Source: Leptogorgia sarmentosa
Lineage: Eukaryota
Length of the DNA stretch: 64,000 nucleotides
Assembly (NCBI GenBank): GCA_964658305.1
Contig: OZ210886.1
Location: forward strand, 186,001 to 250,000
Direction of reading: 5' to 3'
The notes below the pieces were generated by a model, which worked only from the letters and a program-made list of their open reading frames with translations, ran no database searches and was not told the DNA's origin. Below, piece after piece: positions 49,835-64,000 of the stretch; within the stretch, counting starts at the first letter, position 1; the number at the start of each line of letters is the position of its first letter. The translations under genes and the position numbers were made by a program.

Positions 49835-52800
49835 GCACTACCACCTGAAAGAGGTGACACTAGGCGAGCGAAAACATGGTTTGAAATCTCGCCTTCAGGT
49901 CTTTGTTATCACTGAAAATGTTGCTATTGGTAAAGTTTACTCGCAGCGTGATTTCAGCGCAGTTGTTGGTGGAACTTCCAGCATTTGAGACAAACTGATA
50001 AGAGGTTCAATGATGACTAGTTATTTCCCTGGCTATAAGTAAATCGACGAGGAAACATGTTGGAAAAAGTCATAGCGTAGCCTGCTAGATGTTAAAAACG
50101 ATGATTTTAAATTTCCCTTTCTGTTAATCGAGCGTGGAGTAATTTCAATGCCTTACAGTTACTCGAAGCATAGTGAGCAATTAATATTCAAATCACAAAG
50201 TTTAAACCGTATTTCAGTTATAAATTGAAAGTATGGCAGTTTCCGGGCGTCGCCTTGCAAAATAAAACCCTGAATAATGATTCCCGCATTGAGAACACAG
50301 TGGCGTACTGCGCGTCGTCCCTTAAACGCGTTTGTTGTGCTAGGAATGTTGAATGCTCGCGTGTTTAGGAGACTATTATAGGTGGCTTCTTTGGCGAACA
50401 AAGTGTTGGCATGACACGGTAGGTGATTCACTATAACCGTATGAGGTCCACACGAGTATAATGAAGTTGCGGCTACGCATTTAACGCAGTTATAGACCCG
50501 GAACTTTGAAAATCACTCTAAAACTCATAGAAACCTGTATCATAAAGTCAACGTTTACTCTTGGATAAGTGAACCGAACCATGCACTTTGAGAACGATCT
50601 ATAATAGCAGAATCTATAGCTGTTGCTTTGAAAAAGTATAGAAGTTTCGTCATTATTCCTGGCCAGACCTCATTCAATTAGCAAGATTGATAATTATATT
50701 TATGGCACTTGACCAAGCCAAAAGTCTAACTCTCTTTTTGCTCTGAATCAGTACTATGTGGTTTGGATAAAAACTCTGTTGCTTCTTCATTGACAGAATT
50801 AGTTTTTTTCACCCGTGACCTAAATTTGGCGAGAAATAGGAAACAGCTGCTCTGCTTAATCTGCGCACAGGTGTTCCAGGGGGCATTTTTATTTTCCACT
50901 ACGCAGTCAGATTCAGCTATACAGATACAGCATCGAACGTTTACAGAGTTAAATACCACTGTTATCATTAAAACTTTTTCATTGCATGACCAACAACTGT
51001 GAAAAAATTAACTTTCTCGAATAAGGCAACTGCGAAACGTTTCTGGATATATAATGATCGCGTGTGCATACATATAATGATTAAATTATCTATCTTGTTG
51101 ATTTTATGCCTCTATATATGAAACAACGTATCTTACACATACACATACACATACACCATATATAATGTCAACTTCACTTTGTGCGATTGCAGTAAGGTGA
51201 ACTATAGCCATAATTATGTCAAACTTGTATCAAGGCATATAGCTGAAATAAAGCTTGCATATGTGGTTATGAGGATATCCTCTTAAACCTATATTAAGCG
51301 TTTCATTTGCGACGGCAATTTAGAAAAAATGGATATCTATAGCTTCATAGCGGTTATCGGATATCTTCCGTTCTAGGGTACGTGTATACCTCTATATAGG
51401 CTTAAAAGAATGTACGGTTTAATACTAATAGCGCTGTTAAGCGGCTCGTCAATTTTGTGAATGGCTTGTTAATTTGGCAACACGTCGTATTCGTATCTTG
51501 AAAATGAGTTTGCAAAACGCCGCAATAGGGCATCAACGTCATTTTCTCTACTTTTTAATCGGAAGAAATTAACCATACATCGGTTGCGCCTATATTTACT
51601 TGGATGCTGCTTCGGCCGACAGTTCAGCGGTAATTATCTTCATATACCAATACTTAAGCGGTGTATTTTTATACCTTTACTATGATACATTATATACATC
51701 AGGTGTTTTTAATTTCCTATATGAACTACGGCGGACAAAAATTTTCACTGTTGATGTCGGATTTGGAACTTTGAAGAGTTTATATAAGGAACTGTGAAAA
51801 TTATACCATGAATTTTTGTAATTATAACTTACTGGTGTTCCGCCCCAATGATTAATTGTTTCAACAGATTTGTGATGTAAAACCAACCCTAACCCTATTG
51901 TGACAGATTTTTTCCTACAAATTCTTGTGTTCGCTGATATATATATATCGATCATTTTATATAATGAGTGAAGTAATCATGTCTTTGTTATTATTCTTAT
52001 CATCATCCTGTATTCGTAATGTCTTATATAATCAACTGTTGCATGGTATTCAAAACCATTTAGGACCGTATATATCATGTAATATTTTGGTCTCCAAGTA
52101 ACTTTTTGCTTTGTCATTGACTTATGGGAGGGACTGATTGACTGCAAAAATCTATTTGGCTGCCTCAGCGATTTTGATGGACAATAGTTAATTATGTGGA
52201 ATTGGTCATGAAGCAAAAATAACGGTGTTATCTGTTTTCTTGTCATCAAATTTGTACAAATCATAAAGTATATATTTAAGTATGTATGAAAGCTTTATCT
52301 GCTCTTCCATTACTAATGATTACAATAACCTTTACTTTTCAAGATGCTACGACACGCTAGTCCTATTATGCACTAGCAATATTTGCATATTTTCCACCAG
52401 CGTTTTTAGCTACAAAAACACATTCGAACGGTGTAGTCTCACTATCTGAAAAAAAAACGTTTCAAGAGATAGAAGGCCTTTATGCAGGAAGTAATTCTCC
52501 CACAATGTGCCTTTGTTCGAAACGTAAATTTTCATTTTTCAGGTGGTGGGTGCCTACTTTTAGATGTGATTTATACCATCCGCCACATGTTGAAACTGCA
52601 TGAAGGTTGACGATGTCATGCGAGTGCACGCGCTGCATGTATACTTATCTTAATAAATGTTTGGTATCATTTCAAATATTTCGAATTTAAGCTTTGCTTA
52701 TTCACTGAGAAGTGAACTGCTGTTATCGATTACATTATTGTTGTTTTACTAAAACGTTTGACGTGGGGGCGACACCAGTAATTAGTGAACGTAACATTGG

Positions 52801-54851
52801 AGATGAAAATGAATTTTCGGTAATGTTGTAATTTAGCTTTGATATAATGACGAGGTTATGGTTATTACATGTGTTTGCGCACAGTTGGCAGCTCTGTTAA
52901 TAACGCTATATGTTTCTCATCGGTTATATGTTTATGTTTATACACAGTGTATTACACACATACGATCATCAGCTGTGCGAAAAATGATCGACTTTCAAAC
53001 ATTTACAGGCTAAGTTATAGGCAGCATGTAAAATCTAGAGGAATAAAGAAGTTGCTATTGATCTGAATAGGTGCAAAGTTTTCGTTTATATCTTTGATGT
53101 ATCAAATGAAAGTTTAAGACCCCATGTGAGGAACAGTTTTGATATTTTACCGACATGATTAACAGTCATCGCCATCAATTTCACCTTTACATTATCAGTA
53201 GCTTATATGGTTTGTTGGAATTTTGTTCTAAATAGTTTTGTGAGGATTGACCAATAAATATAGATACAATTTTCCTCGTTTTTCTATACAATATGGCCGT
53301 GCGTAACAAGTTTCAAAAATAACTACTGTCTGCGTCGAACTTAATGTTACTTTGAGCTCGTTTGCATTATGCTTGGCACATGAAAAGTTGAACGTCTGAA
53401 CTAGGCCAATCCCAAATGCTGCTCTTTAGGTACTAAAATGAACCAATCATTATCGAGAGCAATATATTTTCCAGGAAATACACATGAATCGTTTCTCCAT
53501 GAACTAGTTTTACTCTCATTAATCACTAACCATTATAAATGATGCAGGTAATCATTTATTTTTGCCTTTATTGCATGCAAAGCTTTTTCAGAACGGGTGC
53601 CGTACAACGCCATACAATTTAATAACTCTTCAATTTTTCTTTCAAACCTTAACTTAATACGTAATAGCTATCAACTTACTACGGATATACGTAGCTATAT
53701 GTATTATACGTATATTAATAAGTATAAGCGTTTCATTTTCCATCTGGGATAAGTTTAGTCTACCTTAATTCTTGACTTTTTCTGGAGTCAGTAGCTCAGT
53801 GAATGATTTTTTCTACCCTGCAAGAAATCCCTTTGCTTAATTTGCTGGGTTTTTAAAAAACTCACAGTTGTTGACTGAATATTTCAATATATTTTCCAAT
53901 GAACTATAAAATGCTGACAGGTAAAACAAGTTTTTAAATATTTGGACAAGTGAGATGGTTTTGCTACTGTTGAAACAAAGTCAATAGTAATCCATCGGGT
54001 AAAACACGAATATATGAATATACACCCCGCCTCACCCCCCAATTAACGCTCTAGTTTCGCCCCTGCTTGCACAATTTTTTTCTGAAAAATGCCGGCTGAG
54101 TGGACATTTCGAATTTGAAAAGATCCTGGACTATTTTCTACGGAGCGTTCAGTATAGGTTTGATTACAGATTGCTATAATTAAGATTTTTCCCTCTATTA
54201 TCAACTACTGAGAACTAATTACAACTGTGGATCGTTCAACATTTGTTACGAAGATGTGGTATGCAAATGAAAACTGTTGTAATTTCAAGTATTCAAAAGA
54301 AAAATCTTATAGCCGTACTGGATATAGTTGAGGCTGCAGCGAATCTATGAACAGAATCATGATCTGCTGGAGGAGACGAACAATGTCTAAAAACGAAGAA
54401 GTATACGCAAAGTATTTCTTCTGGTTTTAATGAATGGACGGCGTATAGTATCAACTATCAACATTGACTAATTTGACTTGTTTATGTAAAACTGTGGAAT
54501 GCTAAGGAAGTGATTTCTGTTTTACACAGTTCAGTTCTAGAATTTCTGTCATGAGCATCAACATGTGTTTTATGTAAATTGGTCATGCCTTTGGTGATTA
54601 AAAATAGCTACGCCGTGAAAAATCTCTTCATTCACTGAAAAAAAATGAAAAAATCGTCCACACTAGATGTCCATTTTTTCTCTCTCTCTATTTCGATTCA
54701 TCGGATACTTGCAAGCATTGTCGGCAACGGCAATTGTCGATGAGTCCTTTCATCTTTGCTTGAACATAAGTACCGTCTCGCTGCAGCATTCTTTTAATAT
54801 CTTATCTTTTTACAATATAGTCCTAATGAGCATGAAATGCAATTTTTCTGT

Positions 54852-54896
54852 TCGTTTACCTACAATTTGTCATCGTTTACCTACAATTTGTCATCG
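54852..54896. repeat. Perfect 21-bp tandem duplication
   Basis: tcgtttacctacaatttgtca occurs twice in tandem. Confidence 0.9.
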
Positions 54897-56873
54897 AATT
54901 CGAATCTTTACTTCTGAAGCAGAGGCTGCTTTTGATCATATTCTTGCATGCCTTCCCGTTTTCGAAGTCTTGGAGACTGCAAGAAGCAAGTTTTGACGTG
55001 CACTGTAGCGCAAACCATGTGACGCATTTATGTAGTGACGTTTACATCTTACGAATTCAATAACAAGAAATCCCGTTATATGTCCTGCAATCAATATCGT
55101 AAACTACGTATTTCAAAGAGGAAGCAATTTGTATTGGCGCATTTGAATTGTCCATTTTGGCATATATTCCTTCCATGTAATTAGTTTTATATGAATTAAT
55201 TTGTCATTTTTTTTTGCGTCCACATTCAAAGCGTTACAAGACATACAGCAGGTGAGGGGCATGCAATGTTAGAAATGCTGACATTTAGTAAAAGCAGCAA
55301 AATTTAACAGAATTATTATTATCTATATACAAGATTGCCTTATAATGTGTGTACAGCGCAGTGTAATGATGATCACTGCAGGTGAAACAACATCTGTTAC
55401 ATCACACAGCTCAAGATTTAGCAATACATGCAGAGATAAATATGAGTTAAACGCTATTAAGTGCCACCCAATGAATAATTCCTTCGTGTGCCGGCGTTTG
55501 CACTGCATATTATCTTCAATTGACCTTGATAATCCACCAGACTTGAGTACTCAATTGCAACCATTCAGAATTTTGTCAATTGGTTTTAACATTGAAATTT
55601 GTTAAACTCCACTCCCGGTGGGCATAATGGTGCTAACATCATAATGACCATTCATATCAAGCATAGCGGTAAACTCACTATAATATTCTCTTAGCTTGAT
55701 CAATTAATTTCAGAGGCCAACGGTCTTGATAGCTTCATCAGTTGGCCATTGACCTGAATAGTTTCTCGAAATTTCTGAATCGCATGATTTATCCAGGTGT
55801 AGTAACGTTTGCGTCTTCGCGTTTATTTGGTGAGTATGTATTGTTGCTGACGGATGCATCTATGTTTAGACATAAACATTCCAAGATAGAAACCGGAACG
55901 CTTAAGTCTACGATGAAAGCTCTTTGTATATAATTGTAGCCATTAATAATACACTTGGGCCAATTTTTCTATCGTAAACAAGAAAGGAATTCTGTTTATA
56001 GTCAATTTATCTGAATATAGCTTTCTGGAATCGTTTATGAATACATGTACATTTATAGTAAAAATACAATCTCCATGCGCGCAAGGAATCAGCTTACATT
56101 GCGGATGAATTAGAACTGGAACTTCAAAATGAAACTTAAACGTTGTGGGATGGGAATTCAAAGCATATAAACACAAATAAAACGTTTGGGGAAAGCACTA
56201 TCTTTGCAATCTCTGGCGCCTTTGGTTTTCTGTCTGTCACCAAATTCGTATCTATTTATCTAAACTGAGACGATCAAATGGGTTGCAGCTGTTTGCACTG
56301 AATATTTGCGTATTATATTAATGTATTCGCAAATTCCTATATTTAAAAGTTTGCGCACTATGCCGTTTGGGAAATGTAAGTTCGTATTTCACTTTTTTAT
56401 TTCGTGCGTCGGCTGCGCGCACGTTCACCTGGCGCGCTCCATCAAAAAATTGATCTGCGCACAATTCGTTCCTATTCAATTTGGCGCCCTTCATTTTACG
56501 CATTGCCCAAAAATGGTGTTGCATGACAGCAACGTTTGTCATTTTGCAAATGTAAACATCAAAAGCACGTCAGACAACAGAATAACACCCGTATTAAATT
56601 TCCTGAACGTAATTGAATGCCAGTATTCGCCCCGTTAACATATATGGTCGCAGAAATGGTATATTTACAATGAAACTAGACAAAATAATTCGAAATGATT
56701 GTAGGGCATAGAGGTTGACCATTGTTTGAAGAAAACTCATCTCTTTACGCCAGGCGTTTACAAATGTCGAGTAAGAGTGTGTACTGAGGAATTAACCAAT
56801 TAATTAAGCTGTGAACATTGTGCTTCAATTCAAAGAACGAAGGTAGCGTTGACCCTGCAGGTCATCTAACGGC

Positions 56874-56987
56874 TGGACGATTGTTGCTAAATCAGAACCC
56901 GTTGGATGGTGCATACAAAAACAAGCTCGCGGGCGAGGGTCGAGAACTATCAGCAGACCGTTGAAAACGTTAGTGCCTCTGGATTTC
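56874..56987 (+). mobile_element. Possible decayed BEL/Pao LTR-retrotransposon polyprotein C-terminus
   Basis: The frame reads W...GRGSRTISRPLKTLVPLDF, similar to the RPxxKLxPL end motif of BEL/Pao elements. Short and degenerate. Confidence 0.25.
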
Positions 56988-59900
56988 CACTCCTCTCAGA
57001 TTTTGTGATTACAAATATAGAAGGAAGCTATTAAACTGTCTGAAGTGGATAAAGTTGTGAAGCAACAAACAAGGTAGGATAAACACGTGGGATGAAAGCT
57101 TATCTTGCCAGTAGACCGTCTACTGTGGACGTCCGGGTAATATTACCAAGTTGAACCGTCTTTGTACTAAATTGGATATCGTGTCTTGCCGTCGGTGTTT
57201 CTTGTTCAATTACATTTCAAGTAAGGAGTTGGATGACGCGAATGTTGCACAAACTGTATAATATTGTCCGCGCCTGTACGCAGTTGTTCATTAGACACTC
57301 GCTGAGCAATGCGCTTATCTCTAATTCTTTGTAATTGTTCTAATAGGACTTACTGCCGTGCGTAGTTTTCTAGAGGTAGAGTCTTATAATATGGTTATGA
57401 AGCTTCTACCTAGCGTTCTTGTTTTTTTGTCGTAGAGGCACGTCGCTGTGATGTGAATGCATGATATTTTTTGACGCACTTCATGATTTGCAAATGGTAA
57501 TTACAACGCGTTTAAAAAAAACGTGATTAGGGATTGTTATCAGTTTTTATCAATTTTGAGCTAAATTTTCTATTTTTCAAAACATCAAGAGCATAATTAA
57601 GGGCTTTCTAGTGCATCGCATTTTACTTTCTTGTCTGTCAAGTCTATTATGATTGTTCAAACGAATCCTTTGCGTATTGTTTGATTAGAACTTAATTAGA
57701 AAAACTGAAGTAGGTTGAATTGGTAAACATTGTATGCGTCTGCCCACTCACCCTATTCAAATCCAGCACATCTGGACTGCCTCAACTAAAATGCTTTATA
57801 ATGACATCAACACCTCGGATTTTGTAACTGTCGGAATTGGCCGTTTATCAACAGTACACATAAATTGCCGATGCCTTTCCATCGAATTTGTACAGTTTCA
57901 ACTCCACTCAGTTGAGAAATCTGAGTTTGTGACAACATTATAGACATTCTCCAGTACTATAGCATTCTTACTAATCTTATCTTCTGAGCAATATTCTTAA
58001 TGAGCATAGAAATGCGATTTCCCAGCTCGTTTACTTACAAGTTGTCGTCGGGATAATGAGTCGCATTCCATGTCTCCTTTTTTCCAATTTACTGAGGAGA
58101 TGACAAGTATACGTGCGTGTAGTTCAACCGACCGTACGTAGTTACCGAGACTCGCGAGGGTTAACGTTAAGTTGTGAATCGAAAGAAATTGTAGGACCAT
58201 TTTAGATTTACCACACGACATCATTGTAAGTATCAACCCTATTTGACTATGTTTATAGGTTTTCTAATGCTTGAGATTATTTTGAGGTAGGGACTTTATA
58301 AAGTTATGCTTAATTTAGCTGGTGGATCAATGTCATTATGCAAAACAGGTGCTTATATGTCATATAATATTTTTGTATTCAGTCGTGTGTAAATTTGGCT
58401 ATGAGGTTGTTTTAATTCTTGACTGGGAAGGCCAGGGTGCTACCGTTAGCCGAGTATACGGTTACCGCGCGCGCATTACTCGCACGTGCTTGAGACCCAG
58501 TGAATGCACTTGGTAAAGGCCATAACTTAAGATGACCTTTGGAGGCATTCATTTTATTAGAACATTAGGTCAGACCTGGGAAAATGTTTGACGTCTATAT
58601 TGTATTTTCAATGTTCATCTAAAGTGTGAAAATTAGAAAGAATTTGAAAATTTTAATGTATATTATACACCATTGTTTCACAAATTGTTCGTTTTCTTGA
58701 GATGTTTGTGATTACGAAGTTATTTCAACGGCAGTCGCGTGCTGGCAGTCTGATACCAACGACTGATAAATTGTTGTTTTGCTGTAATCGTTGTGATTCG
58801 ATATTTCATGATAAAATCTGAAATGGTTTAAAAATGAAATACATACTCGTGAAAGTATGATTTAGTTTGTAACTATAACTGTAACTAGAACTATCATTTT
58901 GACTAAAATTTTGATTCGTTGTTCCACTTTATTAAAGTAATGTTTAGTAACGACCTTTTAAAACATATTAATTGGACATATTTATATTTCGTTTAATCGG
59001 GAAACCCTACACCACGCTACTTTGCGTGATTTGTGCTAATTAAATATTCTGCGTTCTTTCATCAACCTCAATATTTACGGAAATAGCGCATAAAATCTCT
59101 CAAAGAGCAAGACAAAGAATTACAAAACTGCATTTAACCCAGTAGGACCTGAAGTCAACATTTTTTGTGTAACTTGCTGACACCACAGCAAAATCACCAA
59201 TAACGCGCAGACGAGCTTTTTCCATTCACCAATCAACGGTTGTTTAGGCCCACACCTCGTTCTCAAACGAACACTTGAAACCTACGGTCATTTTCTAGTC
59301 TTTAGACTAGAATTCATTATACGTTTATAAAAATCTCTCTGTTTGAAAAGTTTATCTTTGTGTGATGCTTTGACCTAAGCAATAAAAAACTGAAACGATT
59401 TTTACATGGAAAAGTATCTGTATTTTTTACTTCTACTTAGGATTGAATCTTCGGGTATGACTTATTGAAGCCTTTTTTTGGCAGATTATCTTTTTAAGAT
59501 TCTTGTGGGTTTCAATTCAATTGTGGTGCAAAACCATTAAAGGGTGTGGTATCACAAGTCAACATTTCAAAAAATAGTTTCAAATTTCATAAGAAAACGA
59601 ACTATAATAAATGATGACAAAATAATCAATTTATGAATGCATGGATGCATGCATATTTTCTTCATTAAAGGAACCGAGTTTTTGTCTGGCTTCGTCGGCA
59701 AAAATTGTGAGGTAAATGCTAATAGATATGTTGCTGGTCATAAAATTTGTCTTTCAAATTTGCGCTGACTACTCTAATCAATCGCGTACCGCTGTATTCA
59801 TCTCATCACAGTTCTTCATATCCGGTTTACAACTATTTAGTCAATTGAATTGCATCCCGTGTTCCCTCTGGCTATGCTAACAGTGCGTGGTTAGAAATTG

Positions 59901-62900
59901 CTCATTCCAATTCATCCTCAGTGTTGTGGGCGAAACTTGAAAGTCAGTCCTCCCAATTCTCAAACTTATGCCTTATGCAATCTTTCTACGATCTTATTTC
60001 CTAAGTTAGAAAGAGCCATGCTGCTTGCCATATTCCGTTACAGAGGGTTTTTTTGGAATTGCATGTATTGGAGTGCTTTTACTAAATTTCGGGAAAAACA
60101 TATGCAGGTGATGGTACTTTGTCATCGTGATGTCCTTTTAAAAGTTTTTTTTATATGATGTTTGATAGAAAATTCTTCATCTTTACTTCTGTAACCGTTC
60201 CTAACAATCCAAAAATGGTAATTTGGACGGCTGCCGAGAAGACTATTTGAGTGATTGTTAAATGAACGATTGCCATCATGTCAGTTGTATAAAAGTTGTT
60301 TTCATGGGAAGTTTTCAGCAACTCGGTACCGACAATGTTTTAGTTATTTTAACTCTTTCTCATTCTTAATGATTGGGATTGAGGTCAGAGATCAGTTTAT
60401 GTTATAAGAATCAGTCTTTCATATAGCGATAGCAATTAGCATTAGCCTTTCTCCCAATCGATTTATCCGCTATTTTCTAAACTTCTTCAATCCATTTCTT
60501 GAAATGTAACGCCTCAGATAACAAAGTCTGGGTTTTGGCTTTGCGGCCATCTGGAATTAGGCCACATACTCAAATCAATCAAGTTAAAGTCGTAAAAGTG
60601 GTCTTGAAGCAAATTTTTCCTCATGTCTCGTTAATTTGTCCCCGCCTCACAGATTATAATTGGACAATTAATTTATACAACCGTTATCCACATCATCGGG
60701 TTTGCGGTTTTGTGAATTCTTTGCGTCATACAGTGTTATTATTTTTTTGAATTGCACCACCTAATTATTGTCATGAGCATCTTCTCTCATCAGTTATTAT
60801 CTACTGATTTTCAAAATTATTGTTAGTTACAACTGGCCTGTTGTTTTCAAAAATTAACAGCTGACAGTTCTAGAAAGTTTTGACATTTTCAATGAATTCA
60901 ATTAGACTTTTGCACATGTTGCATATGCCTTTTAGTCTGTGCTAACTGATGAAATTTGATTTATTCAGTATGCAACTGTCTTTATATTTTGTCTTCTTCG
61001 CCCACCAGAGGAGTGTTTACAGTAAGAGTACAAAACACCATTTAGTTCTACCAGATACCCAGCTTTACATCTAGAAGAAAATTGGACATGAAAATAATAT
61101 AGATTATATCTGATAATGGAAGTCTTGACTAAGATACTTTACTCTATTGCTTGCTTACGACAGTTCCTGAAAGTAGCTATAATTATAAAATGAAAAGAGT
61201 TTCACAAATACTTAACCTTAATTCAATTTTCATGTCCGCAAGCCCCATTACAAACCTACCTTTCAACCTAATGGGCATGAAACCTGAGAGAAAAATATGC
61301 ATGAAACAAGAAAACTGGACAACTAGATGGATTGTTTATATAATATTTATCATGAACAAACCTATTTATGCATGAAGATCAAGACATATACTAACACTCA
61401 TGATGAGTTAATTACTCAAACGTTTTGTTTGCATTCAGAAACAATTGTAACGTAAAACGCTATTCATTTGAAATTTAATTGTTATTGTATGACGTTATAC
61501 TAGCTGGCAAAGTTTCCCATTTATATATAAGACCAGATGATCGTTGTTTCAAATCACACAACTGTCTCTGCATAGACACATGCAGCTACGTGCACTTACC
61601 GCGAAAAATTATTTTGTTGGCTCACACAACAGGTTGTTCATATTTAAGCAGCCACTACAGTCTGTTCTGCCGGTGTATACTCAATGGTTTTATTTTTTCA
61701 TTGTAGAATTTGACATATTCAAAGCGAGAAAACGAAGAAGAAGGAACAGATTAATTTACAGGTTGGTTGAAAAGATATATAATTTATTGTCAATGCAATA
61801 TAAATTTGATTAATTTTTGTGGGACAAATCGATTCGAATGCATGGTTATGTTTTTGAAAGTTTAAATAATAAACTTTCTCGCAAATGCGAAAGGTTTATA
61901 AGCAATTTTTCTCGCAATTTCAAATATTATCATCATATCAAAACGTTGCCTTTTGGAAGCAACTCAGTCTGTCTCAAATTGATAGATTTAATTTTAAATT
62001 TAAAGGAAAAGTTTGCAATTTTTGATAGATTCATTTGTGTAGCATAAGATTGATGAATATGTTGTCGATACTTTCGTTTCGTTTCGCTATTCTGATCTTT
62101 AAGCTGAAGATAAATTGAGTATTTAACGAATTCAAAAGATGTAATAACTGTTTCTTAAAGATAGTGCACATTTCATTCAGGGCATGGGCAGCGCGCGTTT
62201 TATTTTGAGGAATTTCCACACTCAGCTAGCACTAATATAATGATAGTTAGGCCTGAAACAGTTTTCATATTCAGGAAATTTAGGTACACATTTGGTGTGT
62301 TTCTAATGGGTTAACCCACTCCCCCCGTCGTGACGCAAAATGTGGAATGTTAATGAGTTTGCAACACTTTGTCCTTCTCCCTGCCGGCCGTTCCAATATC
62401 TGAATCCAGTAAACTTATAAGATCATTGGTAATTTTAGTTTTTTGTCCCCTGTATGTGGTAAATGCGGGCCACAATGCGCCATTCCTCAAATTCCCAGGA
62501 CGCTCTTCATTTGCATAATTCGCGTATTTTACACGTCATCATGTGTGAAATCAAATATTTTGAGCCAAAAAAAGAACTGCTCAGACCGGCGGCGCCTCAC
62601 GATGTGATGCATATGCTATACCAGCTTCTTTCCCTGCTTATCATTTCAATTCTGTCCTGCATGCTGCAATTGCGAATTATCAAATAATATTGACGAAAAA
62701 TGCTGGATGTCTAACATTTTTTAAAGGATTATAGTGCAAAGTAACTGTAAGTTCGTTTGGGGACAGACAGAAACCAGTATAGAACAGTTTTGTTAAAAAA
62801 CACGATCCAAATTGTGATAATAACACTGTGGTGTTCAAAATTATGCAGCTATATAGTGCAGTGATGTTTACGCACTCAGTGATAACATCAGTTCAGTAAT

Positions 62901-64000
62901 TTCAATTCAGTTTTTGAGTTAAATTGGACCGTGCGTCTCATCATAATGATCTTTCTTTATGCAAGAAAATATCACCTGGTCTCGGCATAGATTATGCAGA
63001 TAATATTAAGCGTTTGGGATGTTTTTTAAGGAAACAATGATTGTTAGGAACAAAACACCTGCTTAAACGTTTACACATACCTTGCATGCGCATACCAGGC
63101 AAATGCGCATTGACATGCGATATTGTCTTGTTTTGGTTTTGCTCATATCTGTCCTCACGACATTAATATCGCTCCTCCGTATTGCAAGCCGGACGCATGT
63201 AAAGATGGATTAAATACAACAAAGAAATGAACGCATACATGCATGCATGCAATAGTATTTATTCTGCCAATATTGAGAATCATTGGATTTGCCACCTGAT
63301 TAGTCATTCACTGTATGACGACCAGCCTATATGAATCGATGTCTTCTCAGAATGAATTCCAAACCTATCTCAGAAAATTGTGGATCGTGCCTAAAGACAC
63401 TTAGTTCAGCTTCTCAATCTATACCTACCTTAATCAACATATCTTAAATGCTTACTTCGCGTGCCACGGGTATATATGAAATTATGGAGAATCTTCATTA
63501 TGATAGAACGAACTAATAGGCTAATAGATGTAAGAACAGCTGTTCTATTCATTTTCTAGTATCGACTTCCCAGTTCTTAGATTTTAATCGGTATATTGTC
63601 TAATCTTGGGGTGTGGCATGACATGATGTGGTTGACCCTTCAATTATTCCACCCAAATTCTTTACTAAATTGCCAAGTGTATGGAAAAAACAGCACAATT
63701 TTAATATCAGCCTGATCTCTTATTAATTTTCTGCATCTTTTCTATTTATTCCCTCTGAACCAACCAGTAAAATATAAACGGGAAGTTCGATGTTTTATTT
63801 TTTTAAGGTTACACTTTTGTAAACACAATAAATTAATTAGCTTCACCCGCTATCTTCCCGAGCTGCTGCGTTATTGCAATATCAGTATGCCGTGTCTTGA
63901 TAACTTTGCTTATCTGATATAGAATGATACTATACAAAACTAGTATGTAATGTAGCTACAAATGCGTAGGGCATTTTTCTAAATTTTATGGTGCAATTTG

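Noticed and set aside
36100..64000. Frequent TGCATG as an RBFOX-site array
   Set aside because: The motif is common on both strands and also in the first half of the window. It is consistent with general TGCA/CATG bias and was not tested statistically.
1..64000. CRISPR arrays, operons, rRNA or snRNA genes
   Set aside because: I saw no repeat-spacer array and no recognisable rRNA or snRNA sequence. The DNA is spliceosomal eukaryotic.

Overview
AT-rich eukaryotic (animal) genomic DNA with short GT-AG introns. The gene and repeat content suggests an invertebrate, possibly a cnidarian; this is inference only. The first ~36 kb is gene-dense. In order it holds: the 3' end of cullin-1 (+); DAZAP2 (-); an 8-exon secreted PNGase F-type peptide:N-glycanase with a PA domain (-); PCTP/STARD2 (+), which carries a U12-type minor intron; a 20-exon SENP1/2-like SUMO protease (+); MRPL55 (-); an orphan cystine-knot (IL-17-like) exon; a single-exon SKIDA1-like gene with AT-hooks (+); and a C10orf67-like coiled-coil gene with an RFX X-box (+). 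Non-autonomous DNA transposons are common: a Kolobok-like element with an internal ~350-bp-arm hairpin, an 8-bp-TSD hAT MITE nested inside another MITE, and two 5-bp-TSD CAGGGAC MITEs. There is also a split tRNA-derived SINE head and Penelope-type minimal hammerhead motifs. From ~36 to 64 kb I could not recognise any exon, only palindromic repeats and decayed retroelement remnants. All gene models were spliced by eye, and family assignments come from remembered motifs, not database searches.
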